NCBI GenBank assembly: GCA_019056785.1
Contig: DXJV01000015.1
Coordinates: 1 to 41,756 of the forward strand
DNA length: 41,756 nucleotides
Reading direction: 5' to 3'
DNA from: Candidatus Heimdallarchaeota archaeon
Lineage (GTDB): Archaea; Asgardarchaeota; Heimdallarchaeia; JABLTI01
The translations under genes and the position numbers were made by a program. Below, in pieces: positions 1 to 9,088 of the stretch; within the stretch, counting starts at the first letter, position 1; every line of letters begins with the position of its first letter. The notes under the pieces were generated by a model that saw nothing but the letters and a program-made list of their open reading frames with translations, did no database searches and was not told the origin of the DNA.

Positions 1-755
1 GAAATAAAGTGTTAACAAAAGACAGAATGTTTATTGATGTTGGCTGCAAAAATGACAAAGAAGTCAAAGCTCTCGGAGTTAAGATTGGTGATCCCATCGT
101 TCCTGACGCTAAATTCGAGCTCTGGAAACGCAAACGGATAGAAAAGGATGAAGAAACCGGCAAAGAGATTGAGCGAGATGTCACATTAGGTGTTGCGAAA
201 GCTTTCGATGACCGGGTTGGTATGTTTATCGTTTCTGAAGTGATGCGTCGGCTTAAAGAAGAAAAGATCAAACATCCAAACCAAGTTTTTGGCGTTGCAA
301 CTGTACAGGAAGAAGTCGGCTTGCGAGGAGCACGCACCGCAGCACAAGTCATAAAACCTGATGTCGGTTTTGCCATAGAGGTTGATATTGCTGGAGATGT
401 TCCTGGTGTCGAGAAGAGCCAATCACCAGCAGAGATGTCAAAAGGCCCCTCAATTCTCACTGCGGACGGTTCTATGCTGCCAAATCCCAATTTGAAGCAT
501 TTCGTTATAGACATTGCTGAAGAATTGGGCATAGACTACCAATTATCTATTCTAGCCCGAGGAGGGACAGATGCAGGAATCATCCACCTCACCGGCGCAG
601 GCTGCCCAAGTTTAGTCATAAGCATCCCTACCCGACACATCCACTCACATTATGGCATTCTCGATCTTGAAGATGTAGAAAAAGCTGTGAATTTATTACT
701 GGAAGTCATTAAACGATTAAACGAAAAGACAGTAGAATCCTTTACAGCACTCTAA
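1..755 (+). CDS. M42 family aminopeptidase (TET/FrvX-like), 5'-truncated by window edge
   Basis: Motifs FIDVG, KAFDDRVG, TVQEEVGLRGA, GGTDAG, PTRHIHS. The frame is open upstream of position 9 to the window start. Confidence 0.92.
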   Translation, partial: NKVLTKDRMFIDVGCKNDKEVKALGVKIGDPIVPDAKFELWKRKRIEKDEETGKEIERDVTLGVAKAFDDRVGMFIVSEVMRRLKEEKIKHPNQVFGVATVQEEVGLRGARTAAQVIKPDVGFAIEVDIAGDVPGVEKSQSPAEMSKGPSILTADGSMLPNPNLKHFVIDIAEELGIDYQLSILARGGTDAGIIHLTGAGCPSLVISIPTRHIHSHYGILDLEDVEKAVNLLLEVIKRLNEKTVESFTAL

Positions 756-830
756 TTGCAGTGCTGCTACTTTTTCCTTTTTTTCATAGGGAAAAGACCC
801 TTTTTGAATAGTTTTAACTGAGAATGAAAA

Positions 831-2180
831 ATGTCCATAGGAAGTCCTACCAATCAGACCAGCCGTTCCGGTGACCATTTAGGCATATTGCGAAATATCA
901 TTATAGTGAATTTTTTCTTCCGGATCTTTAGTGAAGGCTTCCGAACACTTTTTATTCCCTTTTCTTATGACATTTTGGGCCTTTCAAGTGCTCAGTATGG
1001 TTTAATACAATCCATTGGCGGTTTTGCTGCTATGGGAGTAGTTTTCCTTCTGGGAATAATTGTTGATATCCAATTTAAGAAAGTAACAATGATCATTGGA
1101 ATAATCTCTTCTTTGCTCTCAGCACTTCTTTTTCCCAGAGTTAGGCTCTATGGCCTTTCAATCTTCTTTTGGTGCTTATTCTCTATTGGGCAGTTGCTTA
1201 TGATGATATCAACAAATGCTTTCATTGCAAATGAAACGAAGAAGGGAGAACAACGAACAGCAGGTTTTTCTTGGAACATGATTGCAAGAGGATTGGCAAG
1301 CATTATTGCGCCCATCTCATTTACGGCCCTTTATGACATCACAACTTTGAACTATAACTGGATTTACTTGATAATGGGAAGTTTCGGGCTTATCGCCGGG
1401 GTACTGGTAATCTTTTTGAAACTTAAAGCAGAAGAGACACCAAAAGAAGAGATTCGCTATGCACAAAAGTTATCAGAAAAAAGTGGCGACGACTTTACGA
1501 AATTTGACGACGAGAAGAAAAAGCGTTCAGTATGGTTTGTTCAGCTAAGTTTCGGCGCGGGCAGGATGTTAATGGGATTTGCCAGTGGTATTGCTATTCC
1601 TTTTGTTGGGCTCTATATGTACAGCCGGTTTAATCTCACAGAAATTGGTTGGGGGTTACTGAACTCAGTTAATTGGGTGGTGCTGACCCTAGGGTATTTA
1701 TTCATGTCCTTTATTGCTGAAAGAATTGGTAAAGGATTAATAGTAGTTATTTATTGGACACTTGTTATCCCTGCTGCAGTTGGGATAATGCTCGCCGGAC
1801 AAGCAGGACTATTTTACCTCACAGCAACATTCTTTATTGTAAGATATCTCTTCGCAATGACACCATCAGCAGCTTGGAATAGCTTCTTATTTGAATGGAT
1901 TCCACCAAAACATCGAGGAAAGATTCTAGGGATGATTCAAACAGGTCAAAGGGGTTTGAGGGCAACAGGCACACTAGTCGGAGGATATGTTTTTGATGCA
2001 ATCGGAGCAGTTATTTTTCCAGTTGCAATGATAGCCTATCCCATTGCTGGATTGATGCCATTAATCATTAGTAGAGTTGTGAAGAAAAAAGAGAAGAAAA
2101 AAGAAGAGATTAAACCCTTAAAAGAACAGTTTATAGAAACTGAACTCATAATCAATGAATCAGATCAAATAGCTAAGTGA
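831..2180 (+). CDS. MFS transporter
   Basis: 449 aa, about 12 hydrophobic segments in two halves with a central hydrophilic loop. MFS-like loops GIIVDIQFKK and FIAERIGK, plus PPKHRGKILG. Confidence 0.85.
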   Translation: MSIGSPTNQTSRSGDHLGILRNIIIVNFFFRIFSEGFRTLFIPFSYDILGLSSAQYGLIQSIGGFAAMGVVFLLGIIVDIQFKKVTMIIGIISSLLSALLFPRVRLYGLSIFFWCLFSIGQLLMMISTNAFIANETKKGEQRTAGFSWNMIARGLASIIAPISFTALYDITTLNYNWIYLIMGSFGLIAGVLVIFLKLKAEETPKEEIRYAQKLSEKSGDDFTKFDDEKKKRSVWFVQLSFGAGRMLMGFASGIAIPFVGLYMYSRFNLTEIGWGLLNSVNWVVLTLGYLFMSFIAERIGKGLIVVIYWTLVIPAAVGIMLAGQAGLFYLTATFFIVRYLFAMTPSAAWNSFLFEWIPPKHRGKILGMIQTGQRGLRATGTLVGGYVFDAIGAVIFPVAMIAYPIAGLMPLIISRVVKKKEKKKEEIKPLKEQFIETELIINESDQIAK

Positions 2181-2486
2181 GTTTGAAAGAAAAGAGGAAA
2201 GAAAAAGAGAGTAAATTACCCCTTCGTTCTCTAGTTTCGTTAGTTCTTTACTACTTAACAGCTGAATGATTCCAATTGATTTATATGTGAGAACAACCTT
2301 TGTTTGTACTGCGTGTTATTGCCATTAACACGCCTTTTAGAAAAAAGACTATCTCCTGTTTTGCGTGGGGCAGCGAAAAACTGCTTCCACGCTCTAATTT
2401 TCACTTCAATTTGCAACTAAGAGAAACAGTTTTAATTAACTATCAGCTATTTGTTTTTTCATTAATAATTTGGAGCCGTTAAAATT

Positions 2487-3224
2487 TTGCCTTTCTGGTT
2501 TAAAGTTAAAAAATTGATGTTCTTACTCACCGGTGTGAGTTGTCTTCTGTTCATTCTTTTTTTGACTTTAGCAATTATTTATTATCCTGGTGGAACACGA
2601 TTTAATAAATTTTTTATTGGCTATAATTTTCTCGAGACTTTTCCAAGCGATCTCGGTAGAAGCATTGCTATCAACGATCAGGTCAACACTATTTCTAGGC
2701 TCTTTTTCCAGATTGGTATAACACTTATGAGTGTCTTTCAGATTTATTATTACATTCTTTTTCCCTTTCTTCTGAAAAAGAAAAGGCCTTCATTGATATT
2801 AGCCATTGTTGGTTCGCTAGCAGGTTTTGTCTCGTCTATTCTATATATTGGAATTGCTTTCAATCCCATTGATGTGCATGCGAAGTTACACAATCGCTTA
2901 ATCTATTCATCCGCGCCACTCGTCTTTGTAGCAACAATCTTCCTCATTGCTGCCATTTTCACTCACAAAGAATTCCCGAGATTTTTTGGCTATTTGTACA
3001 TATCTTTGGCATCAGCATTTTTTCTCTTTGCAATTGCCACCCTCGTAGGTTCGTTACAAGAAGACAATTATATTAATTGGGTGATTAGAATCCTAGGTCA
3101 TAACATATTAATCTACCTTGAAGGAGCTATTTTCGCCGCTCTGGGTTTTGGAGTCTACAGGTATCTCCAAAGAAAAGAGCTATCAGCAACTGAACTACCT
3201 GTTACACAAATAACAATGACTTAA
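2487..3224 (+). CDS. DUF998-like multi-pass membrane protein (paralogue 1)
   Basis: YYPGG...YNF..TFPSDLGR and P.D...LH motifs with multiple TM helices. TTG start is uncertain. Confidence 0.65.
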   Translation: MPFWFKVKKLMFLLTGVSCLLFILFLTLAIIYYPGGTRFNKFFIGYNFLETFPSDLGRSIAINDQVNTISRLFFQIGITLMSVFQIYYYILFPFLLKKKRPSLILAIVGSLAGFVSSILYIGIAFNPIDVHAKLHNRLIYSSAPLVFVATIFLIAAIFTHKEFPRFFGYLYISLASAFFLFAIATLVGSLQEDNYINWVIRILGHNILIYLEGAIFAALGFGVYRYLQRKELSATELPVTQITMT

Positions 3225-3249
3225 CTACCGGAAAGTAAGGTGACATTTT

Positions 3250-3987
3250 GTGACGATTACTCAAGAGAAAAAGTTGTTCCACTTTCAAAGAATAGCCTTT
3301 CTTTTCACTTTTTTCAGCTCTTTTTTCTTCTTTCTTCTTACCACTTTGGCGATGGTTTTTTATCCCGGTGGGACAGAAGAAGATCCCTCCAAAACACACT
3401 ATCTCTTCTTTAGCAATTTTTTTAGTGATCTTGGTCGAACAACCGTTTTTGATGGCGCAACCAATTTTATTAGCCGAACACTCTTTATAATCGCCTTAAG
3501 TTTCATTTCGCTAAGTCTATTAGCGCTATTCTTTGCAATTGTACCTTTCTTTAAAGCCAATAAAACAGAAAGAGCATTAAGTGCTCTTGGAACGCTGGGG
3601 GGCACTGTTAGTGCTCTTGGATATTTTTTCCTGGCAATAATTCCGGTTGATAAAAAACCAATTGCACACGGAACATTTACTTTCATTGCCTTTATTGCCA
3701 CTTTTTTTGCGTTATTATTTTATGCCATTGCCATTCTCAAAGCAAAATACTACCCGAAAAGTATGACTTGGATAATTATTCCCACAATTCTCATTTCTCT
3801 TGGTTATTTAATCATTCTCTTTAATGGTGGAAGTGAAGGCATGCTAGCCAATCTTACCCTTCAAGCCATAAGCCAAAAGATTATTGTATACTGCCAAATT
3901 CTTGCTTTTCTACTTTTTTCACTCATTTCTTATCGCTTTCTTCTCCAAAGAAAGGAAACCGCAACTGCTATTATAGAAGAGAAATAA
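3250..3987 (+). CDS. DUF998-like multi-pass membrane protein (paralogue 2)
   Basis: FYPGG...YLFFSNFFSDLGR and PVD...AH motifs. Colinear with the upstream paralogue. GGTGA RBS before the GTG start. Confidence 0.65.
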   Translation: MTITQEKKLFHFQRIAFLFTFFSSFFFFLLTTLAMVFYPGGTEEDPSKTHYLFFSNFFSDLGRTTVFDGATNFISRTLFIIALSFISLSLLALFFAIVPFFKANKTERALSALGTLGGTVSALGYFFLAIIPVDKKPIAHGTFTFIAFIATFFALLFYAIAILKAKYYPKSMTWIIIPTILISLGYLIILFNGGSEGMLANLTLQAISQKIIVYCQILAFLLFSLISYRFLLQRKETATAIIEEK

Positions 3988-4107
3988 CTCCGAGTAACTT
4001 CCTAAATCAAGCAATTTCTTTTCTTATCATAAATTTAAAACATACAAAGATTTAAAGAAGAAGTTAAAATAAACCAACAATTAATTCCAAAAAAAGAGGT
4101 CAACCTG

Positions 4108-5715
4108 TTGCGAGTTCATTCTGATTTTCTTGTTATCGGGAGCGGTATTAGTGGATTAATTTTTGCATTAAAAGCAGCAGACTATGGAACTGTTTCACTC
4201 ATTACAAAAAGCAAATTAGACGAGTGTTCGACAAGATATGCACAGGGAGGAATTGCTGCAGTTTTTAATGACAAAGATTCAATTGAGGCACATATAAGAG
4301 ACACTCTCTCAGCCGGAGATGGCTTATGCAATAAGCATGTCGTCGAGGAAATATGCTCGAAAGGGCCTGCTCTGGTTCAGGAATTGATTGATAATTATGG
4401 CGTGAAGTTTTCTTTAGATACCCAAGGAGAAATCGATCTCGGCCTTGAAGGGGGGCACTCTAAAAGAAGAGTGCTACATACTGATGATCACACAGGGTTA
4501 GAAATTGAGTCAAAATTAATTGAAGCTGTAAAACACGAGTCAAATATTAACATCTTTGAGGACCATGTTGCCATCAACCTTTTTGTAGACAATAATGTTT
4601 GCATCGGTGCATATGTCTATGACAAGAAAACGACAAACATCCTAAACTTTCAATCTACAGTCACAACACTTGCAACGGGGGGGGCAGGAAAGGTCTTCCT
4701 TGTTACCAGCAATCCCGATGTAAACACCGGAGATGGGATTGCAATGGCCTATCGTGCAGGTGCTAAAATAATTAACATGGAAATGATTCAATTCCACCCC
4801 ACATGTCTTTATCACCCACATGCAAAAACATTCTTAATTACAGAGGCAATGCGAGGTGAAGGAGCAAAACTTGTCGATAGCCAAGGAAGACGATTCATGA
4901 AGAAATATCACCCAAAAAAAGAATTGGCCCCTCGTGATGTTGTCTCACGATCAATTGATGCCGAATTGAAAGCTTCAGGCGAAGATTGTGTTTATTTAGA
5001 CATCACCGATAAAGACCCCAGCTTTATTAAAGAACGTTTTCCGATGATCTATAAGAAATGCCTGGATTTGGGGATTGATATCACAACTGAACCAATTCCT
5101 GTTGTCCCGGCAGCTCATTACACTATTGGTGGCGTAAAAGCAAAAACAAATGGTGAGACAAGTGTTAAAAATTTGCTGGCAATTGGCGAAGTTTCTTGTA
5201 CAGGCTTTCATGGGGCAAACCGGTTAGCAAGCAATTCTCTTTTAGAAGGACTAGTGGTGGGGAACAAAGCAGCTAAGCATGCAATAACATTAAGTATTGA
5301 TTCTAACATTTCAACAAAGCAGCCATTCCCCTTCTGGGATCCCGGCATGGCAGAAGACCCCGACGAAATGGTTATTGTGAAACAGAACTGGGATGAAATT
5401 CGCAGGTTCATGTGGAACTATGTTGGTATTTTACGGTCTAATTTACGGCTTGTTCGAGCAGCAAATCGTTTGGAGCTAGTCATGAAGGAAATAAATCAAT
5501 TCTATTGGGACTTCAAGATTCATCCTAATTTACTCGACCTACGGAATCTCGCGCAAGTAGCAGAATTAATTATCCGCTGTGCAAAAGGACGAAAAGAAAG
5601 TCGGGGTGTGCATTATTCAATTGATTATCCTAAGAAGTCTGATAAACTCTATAATACAGAACTACAGATTTCAATGGTGGACCGCGTTCCGATAAATGAG
5701 GCAATCGATGAGTAA
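4108..5715 (+). CDS. nadB: L-aspartate oxidase
   Basis: FAD motif VIGSGISG, YAQGGIA, EGGHSKRR, QFHPT, LITEAMRGEG, ELAPRDVV, PAAHYTIGG, HGANRLASNSLLE and ESRGVHY. GAGGT RBS. Confidence 0.95.
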   Translation: MRVHSDFLVIGSGISGLIFALKAADYGTVSLITKSKLDECSTRYAQGGIAAVFNDKDSIEAHIRDTLSAGDGLCNKHVVEEICSKGPALVQELIDNYGVKFSLDTQGEIDLGLEGGHSKRRVLHTDDHTGLEIESKLIEAVKHESNINIFEDHVAINLFVDNNVCIGAYVYDKKTTNILNFQSTVTTLATGGAGKVFLVTSNPDVNTGDGIAMAYRAGAKIINMEMIQFHPTCLYHPHAKTFLITEAMRGEGAKLVDSQGRRFMKKYHPKKELAPRDVVSRSIDAELKASGEDCVYLDITDKDPSFIKERFPMIYKKCLDLGIDITTEPIPVVPAAHYTIGGVKAKTNGETSVKNLLAIGEVSCTGFHGANRLASNSLLEGLVVGNKAAKHAITLSIDSNISTKQPFPFWDPGMAEDPDEMVIVKQNWDEIRRFMWNYVGILRSNLRLVRAANRLELVMKEINQFYWDFKIHPNLLDLRNLAQVAELIIRCAKGRKESRGVHYSIDYPKKSDKLYNTELQISMVDRVPINEAIDE

Positions 5716-5807
5716 TTTTTCCTAGAAAAAAGAGCAAATTGATAGCGTTTCACAAAAAAAAGAAATGGCACAAAGATTTCAAAAGAAAAGGAAAAAGAAG
5801 AATAGAA

Positions 5808-6641
5808 CTAACTCCTTCCAGTGATAACCTGATACCAACGTTTCAAGGAAAGTTCTTTGTGTTGTTCATTTTTTGGAGGATAATACTCGAGTTCATTTAA
5901 TTTCTTAATGATATCCTTTTCCGAGAAGCCTTGAGTGTTCATCTTTCGGATTAATATCACAGCTTTTTCAAGATAATCAAGCCATTTTTGCAACTCAACT
6001 TTCGAACAAACTTTGCCGTGGCCAGGAATTACAAACTCAACATCTAATGCAAGATATTCTTTTATCGCAGCAATCCATGCTTCTGGATCAGCAGTCTCAT
6101 CACCTGCCCATGGAAAAACGCCTTCAAAGAAGTTATCACCACAAGCAATTGCTTTTGCTTTGGGATAATAAACAAACGAAGAACCAGTAGTGTGCCCGCC
6201 GGTATTTCTCACCAAGATTTTAATGTCAAAATCCTCGATTGTTAATTTCGTCTCAAAAGTCTCTTTCGGGATAATAATCTCAAAACCATCATAAACACTG
6301 GAATCTACAGCATTCTTTTTTAGCTCATTTAAACGCTCTTCAGTCCAACGTTCTTTTTCTTCGATCATACGCTGTTTGGTATCTCTATGAGAGATTATTC
6401 TGCAATCTTTGAAAGCCTGGTTACCAAAAACATGGTCCGCGTGCTTATGGGTTATAATTAATGTTGTGGTCTTTTTACCGGTCTGTTTTTCTAAATCGCT
6501 CCGAAAAGATTCCACGATTTTAGGATTCATACCCGAATCAACAAAAAGTAATTGTGTTGGTAGCTCAAATGCACAAACATTTCCCACTGTTGATCCATCA
6601 GTAATGGCATATACGTTTTCAGTGACTTTTATATAAGACAT
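5808..6641 (-). CDS. Metallo-beta-lactamase fold hydrolase (cyclase-like)
   Basis: THKHADHVFGN, GGHT, CGD and IPGHG motifs. Confidence 0.9.
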   Translation of the reverse strand: MSYIKVTENVYAITDGSTVGNVCAFELPTQLLFVDSGMNPKIVESFRSDLEKQTGKKTTTLIITHKHADHVFGNQAFKDCRIISHRDTKQRMIEEKERWTEERLNELKKNAVDSSVYDGFEIIIPKETFETKLTIEDFDIKILVRNTGGHTTGSSFVYYPKAKAIACGDNFFEGVFPWAGDETADPEAWIAAIKEYLALDVEFVIPGHGKVCSKVELQKWLDYLEKAVILIRKMNTQGFSEKDIIKKLNELEYYPPKNEQHKELSLKRWYQVITGRS

Positions 6642-6861
6642 TTTTTCCTCTAACCTTACTGGTTCTTTGCATCATAATTGAACGAGAAACTCTTTGATTA
6701 ATTTTTTTATTTTCAATTGCTTTTTTGACACACCCATCTTTCCACGCTTTTCCGGTCGAAAATCCCCTTTGGTCTCGAAAAAATGAGAATACTTTCAGTC
6801 ATCTCTCCCATGTTAAGCTTCTTTTAATTGAAAGACAACATAAGAGATTGGTGAAAATATT

Positions 6862-7026
6862 ATGACACTTGTCTATTCACAATTCGAATGCCCAAATTGC
6901 CACAAAAAGACCCTGACGAAAATTGGCAAAATGATCCGATGCACCTGTGGGTGGTGGCTACGAATTGATGAAATGGAAGATCTTGCAACAAAAACAATGG
7001 AATATGCAAGTATTGTTGCAAGCTAA
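6862..7026 (+). CDS. Small zinc-ribbon protein, 54 aa (below the ORF-track cutoff)
   Basis: Hand translation MTLVYSQFECPNCHKKTLTKIGKMIRCTCGWWLRIDEMEDLATKTMEYASIVAS. It has CPxC...CxCG, a GGTGA RBS at 6850-6854 and a T-rich tract after the stop. Confidence 0.7.
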   Translation: MTLVYSQFECPNCHKKTLTKIGKMIRCTCGWWLRIDEMEDLATKTMEYASIVAS

Positions 7027-7242
7027 ACAAAGCTTTTTACTCGCTTTATAATACCTCGAGTAGTGCAAACACCTCATTTTACCCTTTTCAAACGCCTACT
7101 TTTGTTCTTCCGATAAGTTTAAGTGTAAGAAGGGTAGTTTATAATAGCTTTAAAGAATAATGAATATTGATTTAACCAAAAGATATAATAAGCAAGGCAA
7201 TTGCCAAATCGGTGCTTGAAAATATATCTCAGAGGTGAAAAA

Positions 7243-7509
7243 ATGGAATTTTGCGATAAATGTGGCAGTCTCATGAAACCAGTGAAAGAAGAGAAAGGTG
7301 CTTTTCTTGTCTGTGGCTCTTGTGGTAAAAAGATCAAACTAACGAAATCGAAATCACAATCCTACAAACTAACACAAAGGATTCCTCATACTGAAAAAGA
7401 AAAATTAGAGGTAACAGAAATCAGAAAAATCCCACAATTATCTGAGGAAGAGCGTGAGGAACTCGAGGACTATTATGGGGACATGTTAGAACAGATGGAT
7501 TATGACTAA
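7243..7509 (+). CDS. TFS/RpoM (RPB9/RPA12-like) N-terminal zinc-ribbon protein lacking the C-terminal ribbon
   Basis: MEFCDKCGSLM...LVCGSCG followed by an acidic tail. GAGGTGA RBS before ATG 7243 (88 aa). Confidence 0.8.
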   Translation: MEFCDKCGSLMKPVKEEKGAFLVCGSCGKKIKLTKSKSQSYKLTQRIPHTEKEKLEVTEIRKIPQLSEEEREELEDYYGDMLEQMDYD

Positions 7510-7598
7510 CATCTTTCTCACAAGCCTTACTCACTCGAGCTTACTTTCTTTTTTAAAGCGCAAAAGGATTTATATTTAAAGGACTTGTGATTAAGACC

Positions 7599-8765
7599 AT
7601 GGATTACAGCGAAATTTTCGTTCGTTTTGGTGAAATTGCTTTGAAAAGTCCCTCCGTACGACATCGTATGGAGAAACGATTAGCAAGAAACATAAGAAAA
7701 TTCCTTAAAAAAATTGATCTACCAAATAGCCTTGTTTCAATTAAACGTTCTTGGGGGCGACTTGTTATCACCCTTGAAGCAGAGGAACTCCAAAAAACAG
7801 GGTTGACTAGTACAAAAGTTGCACAGCTACTAGCAGAGAATGTTTGTGGGATCGTCTCAACAAGCCCAGTCTACAGAGCCCCATTAACAGAACTCGAGAA
7901 AGTTGCGCTTTCCTTAGCAGAGGAAAAATTGCAGCAAAATAGCTCTTTCGCGGTCCGTGTAAGACGTTTTGGCACACATAACTTTACCTCAAAGGATGTC
8001 GAAGCAAAAATTGGAGGGATAATACATGAAAAATTCAAAGACAGAGGAATATCAGTTAATTTAACCCGACCAGACTACCTTTTACAAATTGAGATTAAAA
8101 ACGAGCTTGCTTTTGTTTTTGATACAACATTTAGGGGATACGGCGGTTTCCCACAAGGAGGGCAAGGAACAATTGCTGCCATCCTTAGAGGCTCTCTCGA
8201 AGACGCCATCGCAGCGTTCCTTCTGTGTAAAAGAGGAGCAATAATTATTCCTCTTACTTTTGAGGTAGAAAATTTCGCCGGAAAGTTTTCTAATGTAGAA
8301 GAGCTTCAAAAACAATTAACTTTTTTTGCGAGGATACAACCAACGAAAGGGCATTACTTTAAAGTTAATTTTGATAATTTACTCGAGAAGATTGGGATTG
8401 AAAACATCACATGTAGCATTTGTGACAAGGTCTGTTTAGGAATTGCAAATAGAATAATTGAGGGGCAACACAAAAAAGGGATCGTCCTCGGAAATGCCGA
8501 AGATGCAATTCTTCATCGCAACCCTGAAACTGCAAAACCACCTCAACCACCAATTTATTATCCACTCATCGCACTTGATAAGGAAACCATTAAACATCCT
8601 TTCAACGAAAGAAAGTTTCAGAGTGGTTTTTGTTTAAACGATTGCCCCGGCTATCAAAAGCAAAAAAGGAAAAAGGGGAAGCAACTATCGGATGCGAAGA
8701 TTGCTAAGATAGTCGCTTCAGCGGAATTTGAATTAGTGATTCCTGCTCTGGAAAGTCCTAGGTAG
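7599..8765 (+). CDS. THUMP-domain ThiI-like tRNA modification protein with degenerate PP-loop
   Basis: VRFGEIALKS, SFAVRVRR..HNFTS, VNLTRPD and GGFPQG. RGSLED stands where ThiI has SGGIDS. CxxC is retained. TATA-like TTTATAT lies about 25 nt upstream of ATG 7599. Confidence 0.8.
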   Translation: MDYSEIFVRFGEIALKSPSVRHRMEKRLARNIRKFLKKIDLPNSLVSIKRSWGRLVITLEAEELQKTGLTSTKVAQLLAENVCGIVSTSPVYRAPLTELEKVALSLAEEKLQQNSSFAVRVRRFGTHNFTSKDVEAKIGGIIHEKFKDRGISVNLTRPDYLLQIEIKNELAFVFDTTFRGYGGFPQGGQGTIAAILRGSLEDAIAAFLLCKRGAIIIPLTFEVENFAGKFSNVEELQKQLTFFARIQPTKGHYFKVNFDNLLEKIGIENITCSICDKVCLGIANRIIEGQHKKGIVLGNAEDAILHRNPETAKPPQPPIYYPLIALDKETIKHPFNERKFQSGFCLNDCPGYQKQKRKKGKQLSDAKIAKIVASAEFELVIPALESPR

Positions 8766-8994
8766 TGATCTTTGGCTGAACAATCGCATAAAGCCTGATC
8801 CTTGCATCTTTTGAATCTAGCATTCTAATAACTAAGCCTTTTTCCAATAGAAGTTCAAGAGCATATCCGAGTGTTCTATCAGGAAGATTTGTCTCTAATA
8901 AAAGGCGGTAACGTGGCATGGGTCCTTGTTGCTGTAAGACATAAAAAACATAGTTTGCACTAGGAGGCATTGTTCTTAGAATGCTAGCAAACAT
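8758..8994 (-). CDS. Small archaeal winged-helix (MarR-like) DNA-binding protein
   Basis: PPSA..V..VL...GP......ETNLPDRT..YAL..L...GLV......DARIRLY pattern typical of archaeal wHTH proteins. Confidence 0.8.
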   Translation of the reverse strand: MFASILRTMPPSANYVFYVLQQQGPMPRYRLLLETNLPDRTLGYALELLLEKGLVIRMLDSKDARIRLYAIVQPKITT

Positions 8995-9088
8995 GATTCC
9001 TCATTTTCAGTTTTACTCCTAGTTAAGTATGATAAATTTTCGCCCGCTAATTTAAAAAAGTTCTCGTCAGAAAAGAAAATGAAGATTA

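Noticed and set aside
115-185. Intein or intron in the M42 peptidase (charged insertion WKRKRIEKDEETGKEIERD)
   Set aside because: Only about 20 aa, in frame, with no intein terminal residues. Best read as a surface beta-hairpin insertion.
2300-2482. 60-aa ORF upstream of the DUF998-like pair
   Set aside because: TTG start, no RBS or motif, and it lies in an AT-rich probable promoter region.
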